Assembly: GCF_009914755.1 (NCBI RefSeq)
Contig: NC_060947.1
DNA length: 64,000 nt
Reading direction: 5' to 3' (one strand)
Source of the DNA: the human T2T-CHM13v2.0 reference genome, Homo sapiens
Shown: positions 13,818 to 36,420 of the stretch, one piece after another
Position numbering within the stretch: position 1 is the stretch's first letter
Layout of the letters: the number at the start of each line of letters is the position of its first letter
Translations under genes and position numbers: made by a program
The notes under the pieces: model-generated
What the model saw: only the letters and a program-made list of their open reading frames with translations
Told to the model about the DNA's origin: nothing
The model's database searches: none

Positions 13818-16630
13818 CTGAAAATGATCTTATTTCTCCTTTGCTTATGAAGCTTAGTTTGGGTGGATATGAAATTCTGGGCTGGAAATTCTTTTCTTTA
13901 AGAATGTTGAATATTGGCCCCCAATCTCTTCTGGCCTGCAAGATTTCTGCTGAGAGGTCTGCTGTTAGTCTGATGGGCTTCCCTTTGTAGGTGACATAGC
14001 CTTTCTCTCTGGCTGCCCTTAACATTTTTCTTTCATTTTGACCTTGGAGAATCTGATGGCTATGCCTTTTGGGAATAATATTCTTATGGGGTATCTTACT
14101 GGGGTTCTCTTCATTTTCTGAGTTTTGACGTTGGCCTGTCTAGGTTGGGGAAGTTCTCCTGGATGACATTTTAAAATGTGTTTTCCAATGGTTCGACTCT
14201 CCTTGTTTTTTTCAGGTGCCCCAGTGAGTCACAGATTTGGTCTCTTTACATAATTCCATATTTCTTGGATTTTTTTTCATTCCTTTTATTCTTTTTTTCT
14301 CTATTCTTGTCTGTCTTATTTTAGAAAGACAGCTTTCAAGCTCTTGAGATTCTTTCCTCCGCTTGGTCTATTCTGTTATTAATACTTGTGATTGCATTGT
14401 GAAGTTCTTGTAATGTGCTTTTCAGCTCTATCAGGCCAGTTACATTCCTCTCTATACTGGCAATTTGGGCTGTCAGCTCCTGCATTGTTTTATCATGATT
14501 CTTAGGTTCTTTGCATTGGGTTAAAACGTGCTCCTTTAGCTCAGTGAACATCATTTTTATCCACATTCTGAAGACTAATTATGTGACTTCAGTCATCTCA
14601 GCCTCAGCCCATTTCTGAACCCTTGCTAGAGAGGTGTTGTGGTCATTTGGAGCAGAGGGCACTCTGGCTTTTTGAGTTTTCAGCATTTCTGTGCTGACTC
14701 TTTCTCATCTTTGTAGGTTTATCTACCTTAGATCTTTGAGATTGCTGACCTTTGGATGGGGTTTTTGTATTTTTTATTGTTGTTATTGTTGTTGTTTGTT
14801 TGTTTTTCTTTTAACAGTTAAGCCATACTTCCGTAGAGCTGCTGCAGTTTGCTGGGGGTCCATTCCAGACCCTAGTCACCTCGGTTTTTCCAGTACCTGA
14901 AGGTATCACCAGTGAAGGCTGCAGAACAGCAAGGATTACAGCCAGTCCCTTTTTCTGGAAGCTCTGTCCCACGGGGGTACTTACTTGTTTCCGGCCTGAA
15001 CATGCCTGTAGGAGGTAGCTGAAGACTCCAGTTGGGAGGTCTCACCCAGTTCAGGAGGAATGAGATCAGGGACCCACTTAAAGGAGCAATCTGGCTGCAT
15101 ATTGGTAGAGCAGCTGTGCCGTGTTGAGGATCCCTTCAGCTCCCTATCAGTTTGGACTCTCCAAGGGCCTCATGCTGGACTGGCTGAGAAGCCCATCAGC
15201 AAAGGTGGCAGGCTGCCCCACCCCCAGGCACCCTGTCCCAGGGAAAAATTAGAACTCTGTCAGCCACAGAACACAGGTGGGGGTGGACAGAGGCCCAGAC
15301 TGGGAGGACCCACCCCACGAGGAGTGGATTGGGGTCCCATTTGAAGAAACAGTCTGGCCACACCTCGTCAAAACATCCATGCCATGCTGGGAAGCCACAT
15401 CTGCCCCATCCGCATGGACTCTCAAAACCCCACAAGATTGAACAGTTGAGTCATCTAAACAACCAAGATGGCAGCCTGCCACTCCCTCTGGGCACTCCTT
15501 CCCACGGAGAAATCAGAGCTCTGTTCATAGAATATGGGTGGGCAGCGGTGGCCGGAAGCCCCAGCTGGGAGGTCCTGCCCAATGAGGAGGAATGGATTGA
15601 GGTCCCACCTAAAGAAGCAGTCTGGCCATGCCTCAACAAAACAGCCATGCCATGCTAGGGAACCACCTCTTCCCTGGTCAGCTTGGACTCTTCAAAGCCT
15701 ACAGGCTGGGACTGCTGAGTCACCCAAACAACCAAGGTGGTGGCTCACCCCTCCCTCTGGAAACTCCATTCCAGGGAGAGATCAGAGCTCGTCCATAGAA
15801 TATGGGTGGGTGGAGATGGCTGGAGGCCCCAGCTGGGAGGTCCAAGTTAGTGAGGAGGAATGGATCATGGTCCCACTTAAAGAAGCAGTCTGGCCACATT
15901 CTGGAAAAGCAGGTGTTCTGCACTGGGAGCAGGGAACCTTCCTTGTCCAAACCATTTGGACTGTCCAAACCATTTGGACTGTCCAAAGCCCACAGGCAGG
16001 AACAGTTGAGTTGACCAAACAGCAAAGATGGTGGCCTGCCCATCCCCACAGGGGCTTCATCTTGTCTCAGGCAGACTCCACCCTGTTGCTGGTGAATGGA
16101 TATAATTCCAAGCCAGTGGGTCTTATCTTGTGAAGTGCCATGGAAGTGGGGCCCATAGACCAATGCTGCTCAGCCCCTGGATTCAGCCTTCTTCCTAGGG
16201 GTATGTATGAACCTCTCACCTTCCTGGGGATCCTGGGTCTGCAGTATGTAATGCTCCTGGGTCTCTGTGCATGTCTGAGCAGATGCTCTGCTGAGACTCC
16301 ACACAGCTCTTTGTGTTGAACCCAAGGCTCTGGTTGTGTGGGCTCACAAGGGGATCTCCTGGTCCAAGGGTTGCAAAGATCTGTAGGAGAAGCTTGGTTT
16401 CCCAGGGTCATACATTCACTCACTGCTTCCCTTGGCTCCATGTCACTTCCAGGTGGGCCATCACCACACCCTGCTTTTCTTTATTCTCCTTGGGTCAAGT
16501 TGTTTTCCTGATCAGTCCCAATGGGAATAACTGGATATTTCAGTTGAAGGTGCTATATTCACTCTCCCTTTTAGTTCTCCGTGAATGCCATGCACCGCAG
16601 ATGCTTCTACTTGGCCATCTTAACCAACCA
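13818..16630 (-). mobile_element. Older L1PA (about L1PA8A-13) 5' portion: ~2-kb 5'UTR plus most of ORF1, 3'-truncated
   Basis: 5' end aagatggcc at ~16614-16622; ORF1p remnants 14336..14566 (coiled coil) and 13818..14025 (RAAREKG..RLTADLS..KLSFISKGEIRSFS). Confidence 0.85.
15033..16100 (-). repeat. Four diverged ~267-bp tandem monomers in the L1 5'UTR
   Basis: Marker tgggagg...gagga..tggat...cccac.taaag.agca.tctggc recurs at ~15033, 15301, 15566, 15834. Confidence 0.8.
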
Positions 16631-17817
16631 GCGCTAGTAATTTTTGTGTGTTGATTTTGTATCCTGCAACTTTACTGAATTTGCTTATTAGTTCTGAGTT
16701 TTCTTGTGGAGTCTTTAGGTTTTTCCAAGTATAAAATCATATGATCTACAAACAAGAATAATTTGACTTCTTTCTTTCCAATGTGAATGCCCTTTATATC
16801 TTTCTCTTGTCTGATTGCTCTATCTAGGGCTTCTAGTACTATGTTGAAGAACAGTGGTGACAGCGGGCATCCTTGTCCTGTTCTCAATCTTAGAGGAAAG
16901 TTTTTCAGTTTTTCCCTATTCAGTATGCTACTAGCTGTGGGTCTGTCATATATGGCTTTTATTATGTTGAGGTATGTTCCTTCTATCCCCAGTTTTTTTA
17001 GTGTTTTTGTCATTAAGAGATGTTGAATTTTATCAATGCTTTTCCAGCATCAATTGAAATGATCATACGGTTTCTATCCTTCATTCTGTTAATATGATGT
17101 ATTACATTGATTGGAGTATGTTGAACCAAACTTGCAACCCTAGGATAAACCCAACTTGGTCATGAGGAATGATCTTTCATTGTTGAATTGGTATTGTGGA
17201 ATTTGGTTCACTAGTATTTTGTTAAGGATTTTTGCATGAATTTTCATTAGGGATATTGGCCTATAGTTTTCTTTTTATCATGTGTCTGTGTCTGGTTTTG
17301 GTATAAGGGTAATACTGACCTCATAGAGGGAGTTTGGAAGTGTCCCCCTCCTTTTCTATTTTTGGCATAGTTTGAGTAGGATTGATATTAGTTTTTTAAA
17401 TGTTTGGTAGAATACAGCAGCTAAGCCATTAGGTCCCAGGATTTCCTTGGATGGAAGACTTTATTATGGCTTCAAACTCATTACTCGTTACTGGCCTGTT
17501 CAGGTCTTGGAGTTCTTCCTGTTTCAATCTCAGTAGGTTGTGTGTATCCAGCAATTTGTCAATTTCCTCCAGATTTTCCCATTTATTGGCATATACAGTT
17601 CCTCATAGTAGCCAGTAATGATCCTTAGAATTTCTGCAGTATCAGTTTAATATCACCTTTTTCATTTCTGAATTTATTTATTTGGATCTTCTCTTTTTAT
17701 TCCTTAGTATGGTTAAAGGTCTATCAGTTTTATTTTTCAAGAAAGCAACTTTTTGTTTTATTAATCTTTTGTATTGTTTTCTTCGTTTCAGTTTTATTTA
17801 TTTCTGCTCTGATCTTT

Positions 17818-25310
<7,493 letters not shown>

Positions 25311-27449
25311 CTGCTCTGATCTTTATTATTTCTTTTCTACTAATTTTGTGTTTGGTTTGCTCTTGCTTTTCTAGTTCTTTAACGTGCATCATTTTTGTTC
25401 ATTTGAAGTTTTTTCTCATTTTTGATGTAGGCATTTATAGCTATAACCTTCCTTCTTCCTACTGCTTTTGCTGTATCCCACAGGTTTTGGTATGTTGTGT
25501 TTCCATTATCATTTGTTTCAAAAAATTTTTCTGTTTTTCTTAATTTCTTCATTGACCCACTGATCATTCAGGAGCATATTGTTTAATTTCCATGTATTTT
25601 CACAGTTTCCAAAATTCTTCTTGTTATTAATTTCTGGTTTTATTCTATTGTGGTCAGAGGACATGTTTGATATTATTTCAATTTTTTGAATGTTTCAGAA
25701 CTTGTTTTGTGACATAGCGTATGGTCTATCCTTGAGAATAATCCATGTGTTGAGGAAAAGAATGTATATTCTGTAGCTCTTGGATGAAATGTTCTGTAAA
25801 TATCTATTAGATCCACGTGGTAAATAGTGCAGATTAAGTCTGATGTTTCTTTGTTGATTTTCTCTCTAGATGTTCTGCCCAATGTTGAAAGTAGGGTGTT
25901 GAAGTCTCCAGTTATTATTGTCTTGGGGCCTATCTCTTTCTTTAGCTCTGATAGTATTTCCTTAATACACCTTTGTGCTCCAGTGTTTGGTGCATATATA
26001 TTTAAAATTGTTATATCATCTTGCTGAATTGACCCCTTTATCATTATATAGTGACCTTGTTTGTTTCTTCTTATAGTTTTTGTCTTGAAACCTATTTTGT
26101 CTGATACAAGTATAGTGACTGCTCTTTTTTGGTTTGCATGGGCATGGAATATCTTTGTACATCCCTATATTTTCAATCTATATGTTTCTTCATAGGTAAA
26201 GTGTGTTTCTTGTAGGTAATAGATCAATGGGTCTTGGTTTTTCATCTAGTCAGCCAGTCTATGTCTTTTGACTGAAGTGTTTAGTCCATTTACATTCAAC
26301 ATTATCACTGATAAGTAAGGACTTACTACTGCCATTTTGCTATTTTTGTTGTTGTTTTGTGGTCTTCTCTTTCTTCTTTCTTTCATTTTTGTCTTGCTCT
26401 AGTAAAGATAATTTTCTCTGGTGATATGATTTAAGTTATTGCTTTTCATTTTTGTGTATGCATTGTATGTTTTTTGCTTTGAGGTTATCATGAGGCTTGC
26501 AAATACTATATTATGACCCAGTATTTTAACCTGATAGCAACATAACAATCTTTGTATGAACAAACAAGCAAAAAGAAAACTAATAAAAGTCTACACCTTA
26601 AATCTGTCCCTCCACTTTTTAACTTTTTGTTGTTTTTATTTATATTTTATTGTACTACCTATGTCTTGAAAACTTGTTGTAGCTATTATTTTTGATTGGT
26701 TCATCATTTAGCCTTTGTACTTATGATAACAGTAGTTTATACACCACAATTACAATGTTATAATATTCTGTGTTTTTCTGTGTGCTTACTATTACCAGTA
26801 AGTTTTGTACCTTCAGGTGATTATTTATTGCTTATTAATGTCCTATTCTTTCTGATTAAGGTAGTCCCTTTAGCATTTCCTATAGGACAGGTCTAGTATT
26901 GATGAAATCCCAATCCCTTAGCTTTTGTTTGTCTGGGAAAGTCTTTATTTCTCCTTGATATTTGAATTATATTTTAACTGGATATACTATTCTAGGGTAA
27001 AAGTTTTTTTTTTCCTTCAGCACTTTAAATATGTCATGCCTCTCTCTCCTGGCCTATAAGGTTTCCACTAAAAAGTCTGCAGCCAGATGTATTAGAGCTC
27101 TATTGTATGTTATTCGTTTCTTTTCTCTGGCTGCTTTTAGGATCCTCTCTTTATCCTTGACCATTGGGAGTTTATTAAATTCCTTGAGGTAGTCTTCTTT
27201 GGGTTAAATATTGATAGCTTTCTCTAGGCTTCGGAAGTTCTCTGTTATTATCACCTTGTAATGCTCCCTCTAATCCAGCTCTACCAAGAGGGCAGTCGCT
27301 GATCCCAGCAGTCCAAACATAAGTGCCTGCAAACCTTGCCACCAAGGGCCAAAGTGCTCCCAGTTTCCAAGCAAACTTGAAAGGCAGCCTAGGCCATAAG
27401 GACTGCAACTTGTAGGCCAGTCCTAGGGCTGAACTAGGCCCAGAGATAG

Positions 27450-28917
<1,468 letters not shown>

Positions 28918-29377
28918 TAAATGCTCCCTCTGTGGGTGGGTGTTTGCTGAGTTCAGTCTTGTTTTCCTTTCTGGTCTAACAGGACAACACTGAGTTTAAT
29001 GCCTCAGAGTTGCTGTGTTCTCCCTCTCCCAGTGCCCAGAGAGGCTCCCTGCACCACACAGCTGTTGCTGCGGCGAAGGTGGGGTGGCGTCAGTGATTCA
29101 GGACTGTGTTTTCTGTCTCTTCAGTGCATCTTTCAGCGATAAGGAGTTAAAACCAGGTACTGTGAGTGCTCAACTAATTTTTGGTTCTCATAAAGGTGTT
29201 TTTTTCTGTGTAGATAGTTGTTAACTTGGTGTTCTTTTGGGACAGTAGGCACCATCAGTGGAGCTTTCTATTCTGCCATCTTGCTTCACCTCCCTCTTGC
29301 ATCATGTATTTATATGTAAAACCTAAGAGTATACAACTTCCTAAAGAAACCATAGGAGAGAATTTTTGAGACTTTAA

Positions 29378-31534
<2,157 letters not shown>

Positions 31535-32843
31535 AAAAACCACAAATCATAAAAGAAGAATGATAAATTGGACTTCACCTATATTAAAAGTACTCTTCAA
31601 CAGTCACTATCAAGAAAATTAAAAGGCATGACACAGACTGTAGGAAAATATTTGCAAAACATATATCTTTTAAAGGACATGTATGCAAAGTTTATATGTA
31701 ACTCTTACAATTTGATAAGAAAAAGACAACGCAATAAGAAAATGGACAAAAGATTTGAAATAAACATGTCACAAAAAAATTAAAATGGTAAAAGAAGCAC
31801 ATGAAATTTTGCTCAACATCATTAGTTATTAAAGATGTACAAATTAAAATCACTGTGACATACCACTACACACCCATTAAAATAGCTAATATTAAAAATA
31901 CTGATTATACCAAGTGTTGGTTTGGATGCAGAGCAACTGGAAGTCTCAAATTGCTGTGTTGTAAAATCATACAACTTTAGGAAATAAATTGATGATTTCT
32001 TATAATGTTAAATATACAGCTATCCTTTGATCCAGCCATTCTAATCCCAGTTGCATAACCAAATGAAATGCATAACCAAATGAAATGAAAATGTACATAC
32101 ACACCAAAAATTGTGGACAAATGTTTCTAGCAGCATTAGTCACAGTAATCAAAAAGTGCAAAGTACCCAAGTGCCCATCAACTGGTGAACAGATAAATCG
32201 TTATACTCCTACAGTGGATTACTATTCAGCAATAAAAGGAATGAACTACTGATACATGTAAAAACAGATATGAATGAATGGTTCATATCTGATATGATTC
32301 TATTTATGTGCAATTCTAGAAAAGTATTGTCATAAATTTATAGTGACAGAAAGCAGTGGCCCATGGTGAGAGTAAGGAAAGTGGATTGATGGAAATTTTT
32401 GAGTTGATAGGATTGTCTACATTTTGATCATGATGGTAGTTACACGACTGTATACATTATCAAAACTCACCAAATTATACACTTAATGTCAGTAAATTTT
32501 ACTACTGTAAATTATTACTCAATAAAGTTAATTAATTAAAATTGATGCAATTTACCTTAACTAATCCTTTATTCTTTCTAGCCACAGAAGGGGCACCACC
32601 TATCATGAAGTTATGATATTTTAAGGACCTAGCTAGGTAAAAAGCGGGTATGATTATTTCAGCTTATTGGAGCCTCTACCAGGGGTTTGAAGTACGTGTT
32701 ATATTACCTAATTTGTTTTTCTTAACTATATATTTCAGTATCTACATCATCCCTGAATATTTAGAGGTAAATTCAATCAACTGGTCACCACTTCTTAATT
32801 TGAAATTAAACTATATGCCTTCCATGTCACAATTTCTTAAAAT

Positions 32844-32878
32844 ACACACACACACCGACACATACACACACACACACA
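32844..32878. repeat. Imperfect (CA)n microsatellite
   Basis: Seen directly. Confidence 0.8.
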
Positions 32879-33346
32879 AATTTGATATTTAAAATGACAT
32901 TTAAAGTTAACATTGCTGTACAAATTTCATAACAATGTTCATACTGAGAAGACTAGTCATATTAGTAATCGCAGAGGGAAAATTTTGGTTTTATGGTCTT
33001 TAGCTTTTTTCTGTAACTTATTCTGAAGGACTAATGGTATTTTACTTTTTGAATAGAGATGTAGGGACCCACAGTCTATATTTTGGGGCAAGTTAGGAGA
33101 CTCTTCTTATAGTAAGGATCCTGAGAGAGCTGAACCGTAAATCTTCACCACCTTGTAGTTATGCTTGTTCCATGGAATCTCAGGAGTATCTTTGTAGTAT
33201 GGGATCCAAATTTGATATTAAATTTTGACTCCAGAAGATGACAAATCCTAGGAAATTATCCAAAAATACAGAATTCCTGGAACAATCCCATATTCCTGTA
33301 ACTATTTCTAGTTTCCCTGAAGCCAACCGTATAAGGCATATGGGGA

Positions 33347-33394
33347 AAGGACACTGATAACTGAAGGACAAGGGACACTGATAACTGAAGGACA
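33347..33394. repeat. 24-bp tandem duplication
   Basis: a(a/g)ggacactgataactgaaggaca x2. Confidence 0.9.
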
Positions 33395-33439
33395 AAGTGG
33401 CCTTTTGAATCCTCTCACTCAATGACGTGAAAGTTGGTC

Positions 33440-33715
33440 ATGTATAGTAAAAAAATCATAGGCTTGGAGAGCAACAATTCAACCACTTACTAACTATATA
33501 ACATTGGCCTAGTAACTTAACCTTGTTAAGCCTCAGTCTCCTCATCTGTAAAAGGGAGATTATATATACATAATTTACATATATGTATACATATATATAT
33601 ATATGTCTTGCAGAGCTATTGTGACTATTAAAACTGGAATATGTATATATTTCTATGTATAGCTAATGTCTATCATATTGCAGATGCCTAAAATATACTA
33701 GTTATTATTATTGTT
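33440..33715 (+). mobile_element. MIR SINE remnant with internal (TA)n
   Basis: MIR core taacttaaccttgttaagcctcagtctcctcatctgtaaaagggagat. Confidence 0.75.
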
Positions 33716-35774
33716 ATGGCTGCCATACTTGAGAATGACATTTGCAAGGAACTGTGAGGATAAAGGACTGACTCTTCTTTTTTTCAAAGATGAAACTCGT
33801 GTTGTTAATAAAAACTAACTTTGGACTCAAAAGCCTAATCAAAATTCAATTCTTTATTCCTTTGCTAGTTTCAATCTTCAGGCCTTCCTACCTTGTTTGA
33901 TGTTCAAAATTAAATGTCATGAAAGAGGCCCTGATGTACCTTTTGGTCATCCCCTCAAAAACAAATCTATAGCCATGAGATGTGGAATTCATCTTTGCAA
34001 GATGAAATAAAATTCAAACAAACTACATTCTTCTCAGAGCTGAATATTTGGAAATTAGTCTGCTTAGCTATCCCTAGTACTTCTCTGATGTCTCTCATAA
34101 ATGCCTGCCAACAAGTTCCCACTCAAAAGTATAAATGGAAGACCAGAGTTCTAGAAAACAAAAATAAGTTGAATATAGGAACGGCAGCAGCAATAAAACT
34201 CTTCTTCATTTAAAAGAATTCCCAGCAAAGACTTAGGGAAGAAGCGAGGGACAAGGCAGCGATAGAGGGAGTGGTTGTAGTCATCAATAGGATTTTGAAA
34301 ATATAACTTTTTCTTTAAAATATAATCCTTCAAACCTGCTGCTATATTCTCAGAAGCAGATAATAAAACAGAATGAAAAGCAGACTCTTATCTTAATACT
34401 GAATCCACATGCAAAGCAGCTATTGGATGCACTGCAGCGGAATGAATTCTTCATTTTATCATTATTGCAGGCTCATTCTGTGATTTCTCTCTCAATGGGT
34501 GACTGCAATAAGCCTGAAGGTACAGTTCACTCTTCTGAAAGAGCTATTAGAGTCACTCCTAAATGCCTGCCTCAAAGCTACCATTTTTTAAAACTTGGTT
34601 TTCCTTCATCTCCCAAGCAGCTGCAACCCATGCTTTTTACTGCTTAGAGAAAGAAGAAAGAAAAAGACCAATAACTCAATGAAATCTCAAAGGAAGCTAG
34701 GTTGGTGATCTCAACTGGGATCCGGAGTGGTGGATTAAATTTTCATTTTCTTTGAGGAACTTGGGATCCACTTATGAGGAATTCACAATACGGTCAGATC
34801 TGACAGGGCAGTGCTTGATTCATATATTCTATAGAGGACTGAAGCAGGCCAGAGAGATGACAGAGTCATGGCTTTGTCCCAGGCTGAAGGGAAAAGTAAT
34901 AGCAAGGGAAAAGACTAAGCTATTCCATTATCCTTATTCTGACTCCTTCTCTGAAAGGAGGGTTTGACCAGTGCTGCAGGCCATCAACAAAGAAGTTTAT
35001 TCTTTGCTCCTGTCTCTGTCAGGCTCACCCCAGAGGTAGAGTGCAGAGGCTGAAGAGGAAGAGAGAAAGTTAAAATATTTTTTAAAAAACTTACTGACTC
35101 TGCTAATGTAGAAAGCAGAGATGTGCATAACTAGCTACCTTCCAGGTTGGGCTGCTACCAAGTCAAAATCTGTCACAAAGTGACCTGGAGGAAAAGAAAA
35201 GATAGATGAGCTGAGAGAGTCCCTCAGCCCCCTCCTCCCATAAGCAGGCACTGATTACTAAGGACATTTCCATGCGCAGTGTAGGATTTTTTGTCCTTTG
35301 CACATGACCTTTAAAACTACCTGATAAGCTATTTGCACTGCCTACCCTAGAAGTTTCAATAGACAGAGAGAAGACGAACATTAACCTTAATGGCTAAATT
35401 ACCCAATGTCACTCTAAAGGTCTTTCCCCTTGAGAGAAGCCTGTGCAGCAGCCAAACACTCACTCCTTTAAAAGTTCACAGAGAGGCTCCATTAAAATCA
35501 AAACTGCAGAGTTTTCCAAACTTGGGCACTTTAAAAGTCAACATGTTACCTCTGGTGATGGACTCTCTTTTTTAAAAAAATTAATAATTTGGCCAAATAA
35601 TTCGAAGAAATTTTATTAAAGCTCTCTAAAAGAGACTGTATACTCAAATGCTACAGTAGAAACCGAAGAGTTTTCAGCTTAATACTGAGAGCGCTGATGG
35701 ACATATAGTTGCCTATTCCAGAAAATGGGGGAAAAGACCTATATGAATAAGAGAAGCCATCTTAGTGTTTCCAA

Positions 35775-35990
35775 ACATTCCTTCATTCATTTATAAAGTG
35801 CTTACTCTCTACCAAGTACTATGCTAGATCCTGGGACTGTGATGGTAAACAAAATCAGATGTATCTGCCCTCCATCATTGGACTCACAGTCTAGTAGAGG
35901 ATGCAGACTGTAATCCAGGAATCACACAAATACAGAAAATATTGTGATGGTTCAAGTGAATGAGAGGTTCATGGTGCTATGCTTACACTC
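35775..35990 (-). mobile_element. L2 3' fragment
   Basis: cattccttcattcattta...actatgctagatcctggg...ctcacagtctagt. Confidence 0.65.
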
Positions 35991-36204
35991 TGATAGGTTT
36001 GGAGACAATGACTGCCCAGAAACTTCCATCTTCTCCAAAGAAAGAGAACACATACCTCCCCGTCCTGTAGAACAAAACACGGATATCCAGTCCCAGACAC
36101 TTTCACTTAGTTTCTAATAAATCAAGTGTTAAGAAACAGCTAGCAGTCTTATAAGTGATAGAATTGTGGTCTCTGTTTGGCCTCAGAGCCTTGATTAATT
36201 CTTT

Positions 36205-36420
36205 TCTCATTCATTTCTTCATTCAATCCACAAGCATTTATTGAATTTTTACTGTGTGCCAGAAACTGGGCTAGACCCTGGGTACAAAGATAAATAAGGC
36301 AAAGACCCTGCCATCAAGATACTCAGTCTACTGGGAAAGGCAGACACAGATAATTACAATACAGCACAATAACTGCTCTACTAGAGAGAAGCACAAAGTG
36401 CTATGAGCATTCGAAAGGAA
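36205..36420 (-). mobile_element. L2 3' fragment
   Basis: cattcaatccacaagcatttattgaatttttactgtgtgccag. Confidence 0.7.

Noticed and set aside
13711-14025. ORF1p-CTDSPL2 fusion protein
   Set aside because: The frame stops within the CTDSPL2 5'UTR before the ATG at 13660, and upstream ORF1 is disrupted
15033-16100. Regularly spaced repeats resembling a CRISPR array
   Set aside because: Whole ~267-bp units are homologous, with no unique spacers; eukaryotic L1 context and no cas genes
15060-16441. Many 65-199 aa ORFs on both strands, with repeated peptides
   Set aside because: They are by-products of the GC-richer tandem monomers of an L1 5'UTR and resemble no protein family
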